Shown here one piece after another: positions 62,099 through 64,000 of a stretch of 64,000 nt of DNA (positions are counted from its first letter, which is position 1; each line of letters starts with the position of its first letter). Position numbers and translations under genes: made by a program. Below the pieces are notes generated by a model. It was not told the origin of the DNA. It was given only the letters and a program-made list of their open reading frames with translations, and did no database searches. The stretch comes from Phoronis australis (taxonomy: Eukaryota; Animalia; Phoronida): assembly GCA_002633005.1 (NCBI GenBank), contig NMRA01000135.1, forward strand, positions 61,115 through 125,114. Direction: 5' to 3'.

Positions 62099-64000
62099 GA
62101 ACGTCAAAACTGCCCTGTTTTCAGTTTCAAGATCTTCTTCTAATTCAAGCATTGTTATAAATGGTCATCATTCAAATATTGAGCAAACCTTAAAATATTA
62201 CACGGAGTAAAAGCAGGATTTTCCAGTCAAATCTCGAGTAAAGCACAGTCTTAGGCCTTAACCTTGAGTGAACTTGCACAATTGTTTTTCTATGTCTTCA
62301 GCTTGAGACCTTTTCCACAGCCCCAGTCATGTTTCTGCTAGGATCATGTTCCTCTCAAATTAACTCAATATGGCTGTGGCATGTGACTGAACCAAAGACA
62401 CATGGTAGAGTCACGATATACCAGGCATTTTTCAAATTGTACAAAACCAGGGCAATGGCAACTAATTGTCAAGAACAAACAAAATTAACATTTTGCAAAT
62501 ATTTGTTGTTCTGTAAGCAACAACCGACCAGTGTTTAAACTTTTGAATTAGCTGAACAAGGTGTGCGGACATATTGTGCGATAATTTCACATTAGGCGCT
62601 GATGTGGTTGTGATTTTGAGTACAAATCAGTAGCAGTAGTTAGACGTCACTTACCTCAGTGTGTGGGAAATCCCAAGCATTTTGGTAGAAAGGTTTATCT
62701 GTACCAAACCCTGTTTTCCATTTTGCCTGGCATTTATATCAAAGTTGTTTATCAGGCTTCTATGGCTCCACAAATTGTGGGAATTACATAATTTAAAAAG
62801 GACCAAACCACAAGATGAGACCAGTTCACTCAAAGCTAAACATCTTATTTGAAAGAAAGGTATGCTGCTTATGACCAGCAAAAGAAAATCTGTAAACATA
62901 CAGTATGTTGTCCGTCATTAATATCAGTGTCCCTAACCTGGTTCATAATTTTAAAGAAGAAAATTACATTTTCAGTTCAAATTAGAATGTTTATCAAAAC
63001 AAATTGCGATATATTAGTAAGCCAATGAAGGGAAGCCACAAATAATTCAGATTTTTAAAAAAGACACCAGTATCATGATTTTGTTTAGAAAGCATTCATT
63101 CCTAACATTTTCATCATTGTTTCAGAAACACTGGCAGCTAGTTCACCACAACACAAACATGTTTCACCAAAAAGTAAACAAGCTGACAAATTTACAACTT
63201 GAACAGGACTTAGAGCCAGATGGGGAAAAGAAACTGTAAATTCCGGCTGAGGTCGGCCAATTAGAAACAATGGAATCCGCTCGCCTAAACACACAATGGT
63301 AGTTACAGCAAATATTTAACTTTTCGACCCAGGTATGTGGTACACACTGTGACACACCTACCCAGGGGGTATGGGCATCTAACGGTAACTGGCAAACATA
63401 CTAACTGGCAAACATACGGGCACAACCGTACGCTGCTCTGTCCATCTGTAGCAAAAACTAAATAGCCACCATCGTTGTTATGTTAATTGATCAGAATTGC
63501 ATCATTGTTTTCATTACCACACAAAAACCTACAATTACTATGTCATAGAATCATCCAAGAATAGACATTCACACACTAGTGAACCAATCATTAGCCGGAC
63601 GTAATATAATGTTCGAATCAATTTCCCCGACCTGAAAAATGTTTAAAAAGCTACTGTGGGTCTTCAACAACAGATTAGAAAGCATGAATTGAAGCTTCAG
63701 TGAACTGTGCTCGTTCAAATTGATCATTGAAGTCACATCAGATTTGATTGGCTCAAACATATGGTAATTGTCACTTACAGGTGTCAGGCGTTTTGAGAAC
63801 CAGTTTTCTCTACCAAAAATGGGCATCAAACTGATTCTCAAAATCTGAAACCTGTGTAAGTGACTAGTGCCAAAAGAATTACTGGGATTTTCCATAGATA
63901 AGCCCACCTGATGAAACACCCATGAGCGTTTCTTCGGAAAATTATGCAGAATAAATGCCCATTGGCGACTATTTGGTGTTACAACTTCTGGCGTCAAGTG

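Overview
Eukaryotic (bilaterian invertebrate, probably protostome; inferred) genomic DNA that is AT-rich, intron-rich and contains one ambiguous base (n at 17289). I reconstructed three spliced protein-coding genes by hand with phase-consistent GT-AG junctions: a TMEM179-family 4-TM protein (minus strand, 5 exons, 238 aa), SPATA7 (plus strand, 10 exons, 842 aa, divergent from TMEM179) and an Expanded/FRMD6-like FERM protein (minus strand, 11 coding exons, 1041 aa, convergent with SPATA7, with a long upstream region or 5' intron running to the window end). Most short ORFs in the track are spurious. Non-coding DNA carries many non-autonomous elements: Harbinger ends with CWG target, a TTAA-flanked MITE, a hAT MITE, a tRNA-SINE head, an L2/CR1 tail, foldbacks and 15-bp minisatellites. 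The most notable observations are (1) a Helentron/HINE-like element carrying nine co-oriented CTCF-like motifs at about 145-bp spacing, (2) a filled-versus-empty Harbinger site in the SPATA7 promoter revealed by a probable haplotype duplication at the n, and (3) an in-frame minisatellite made of repeated splice-donor sequence in the FERM gene. I see no convincing wholly new multi-gene system. All homology statements come from recalled sequences, not from searches.
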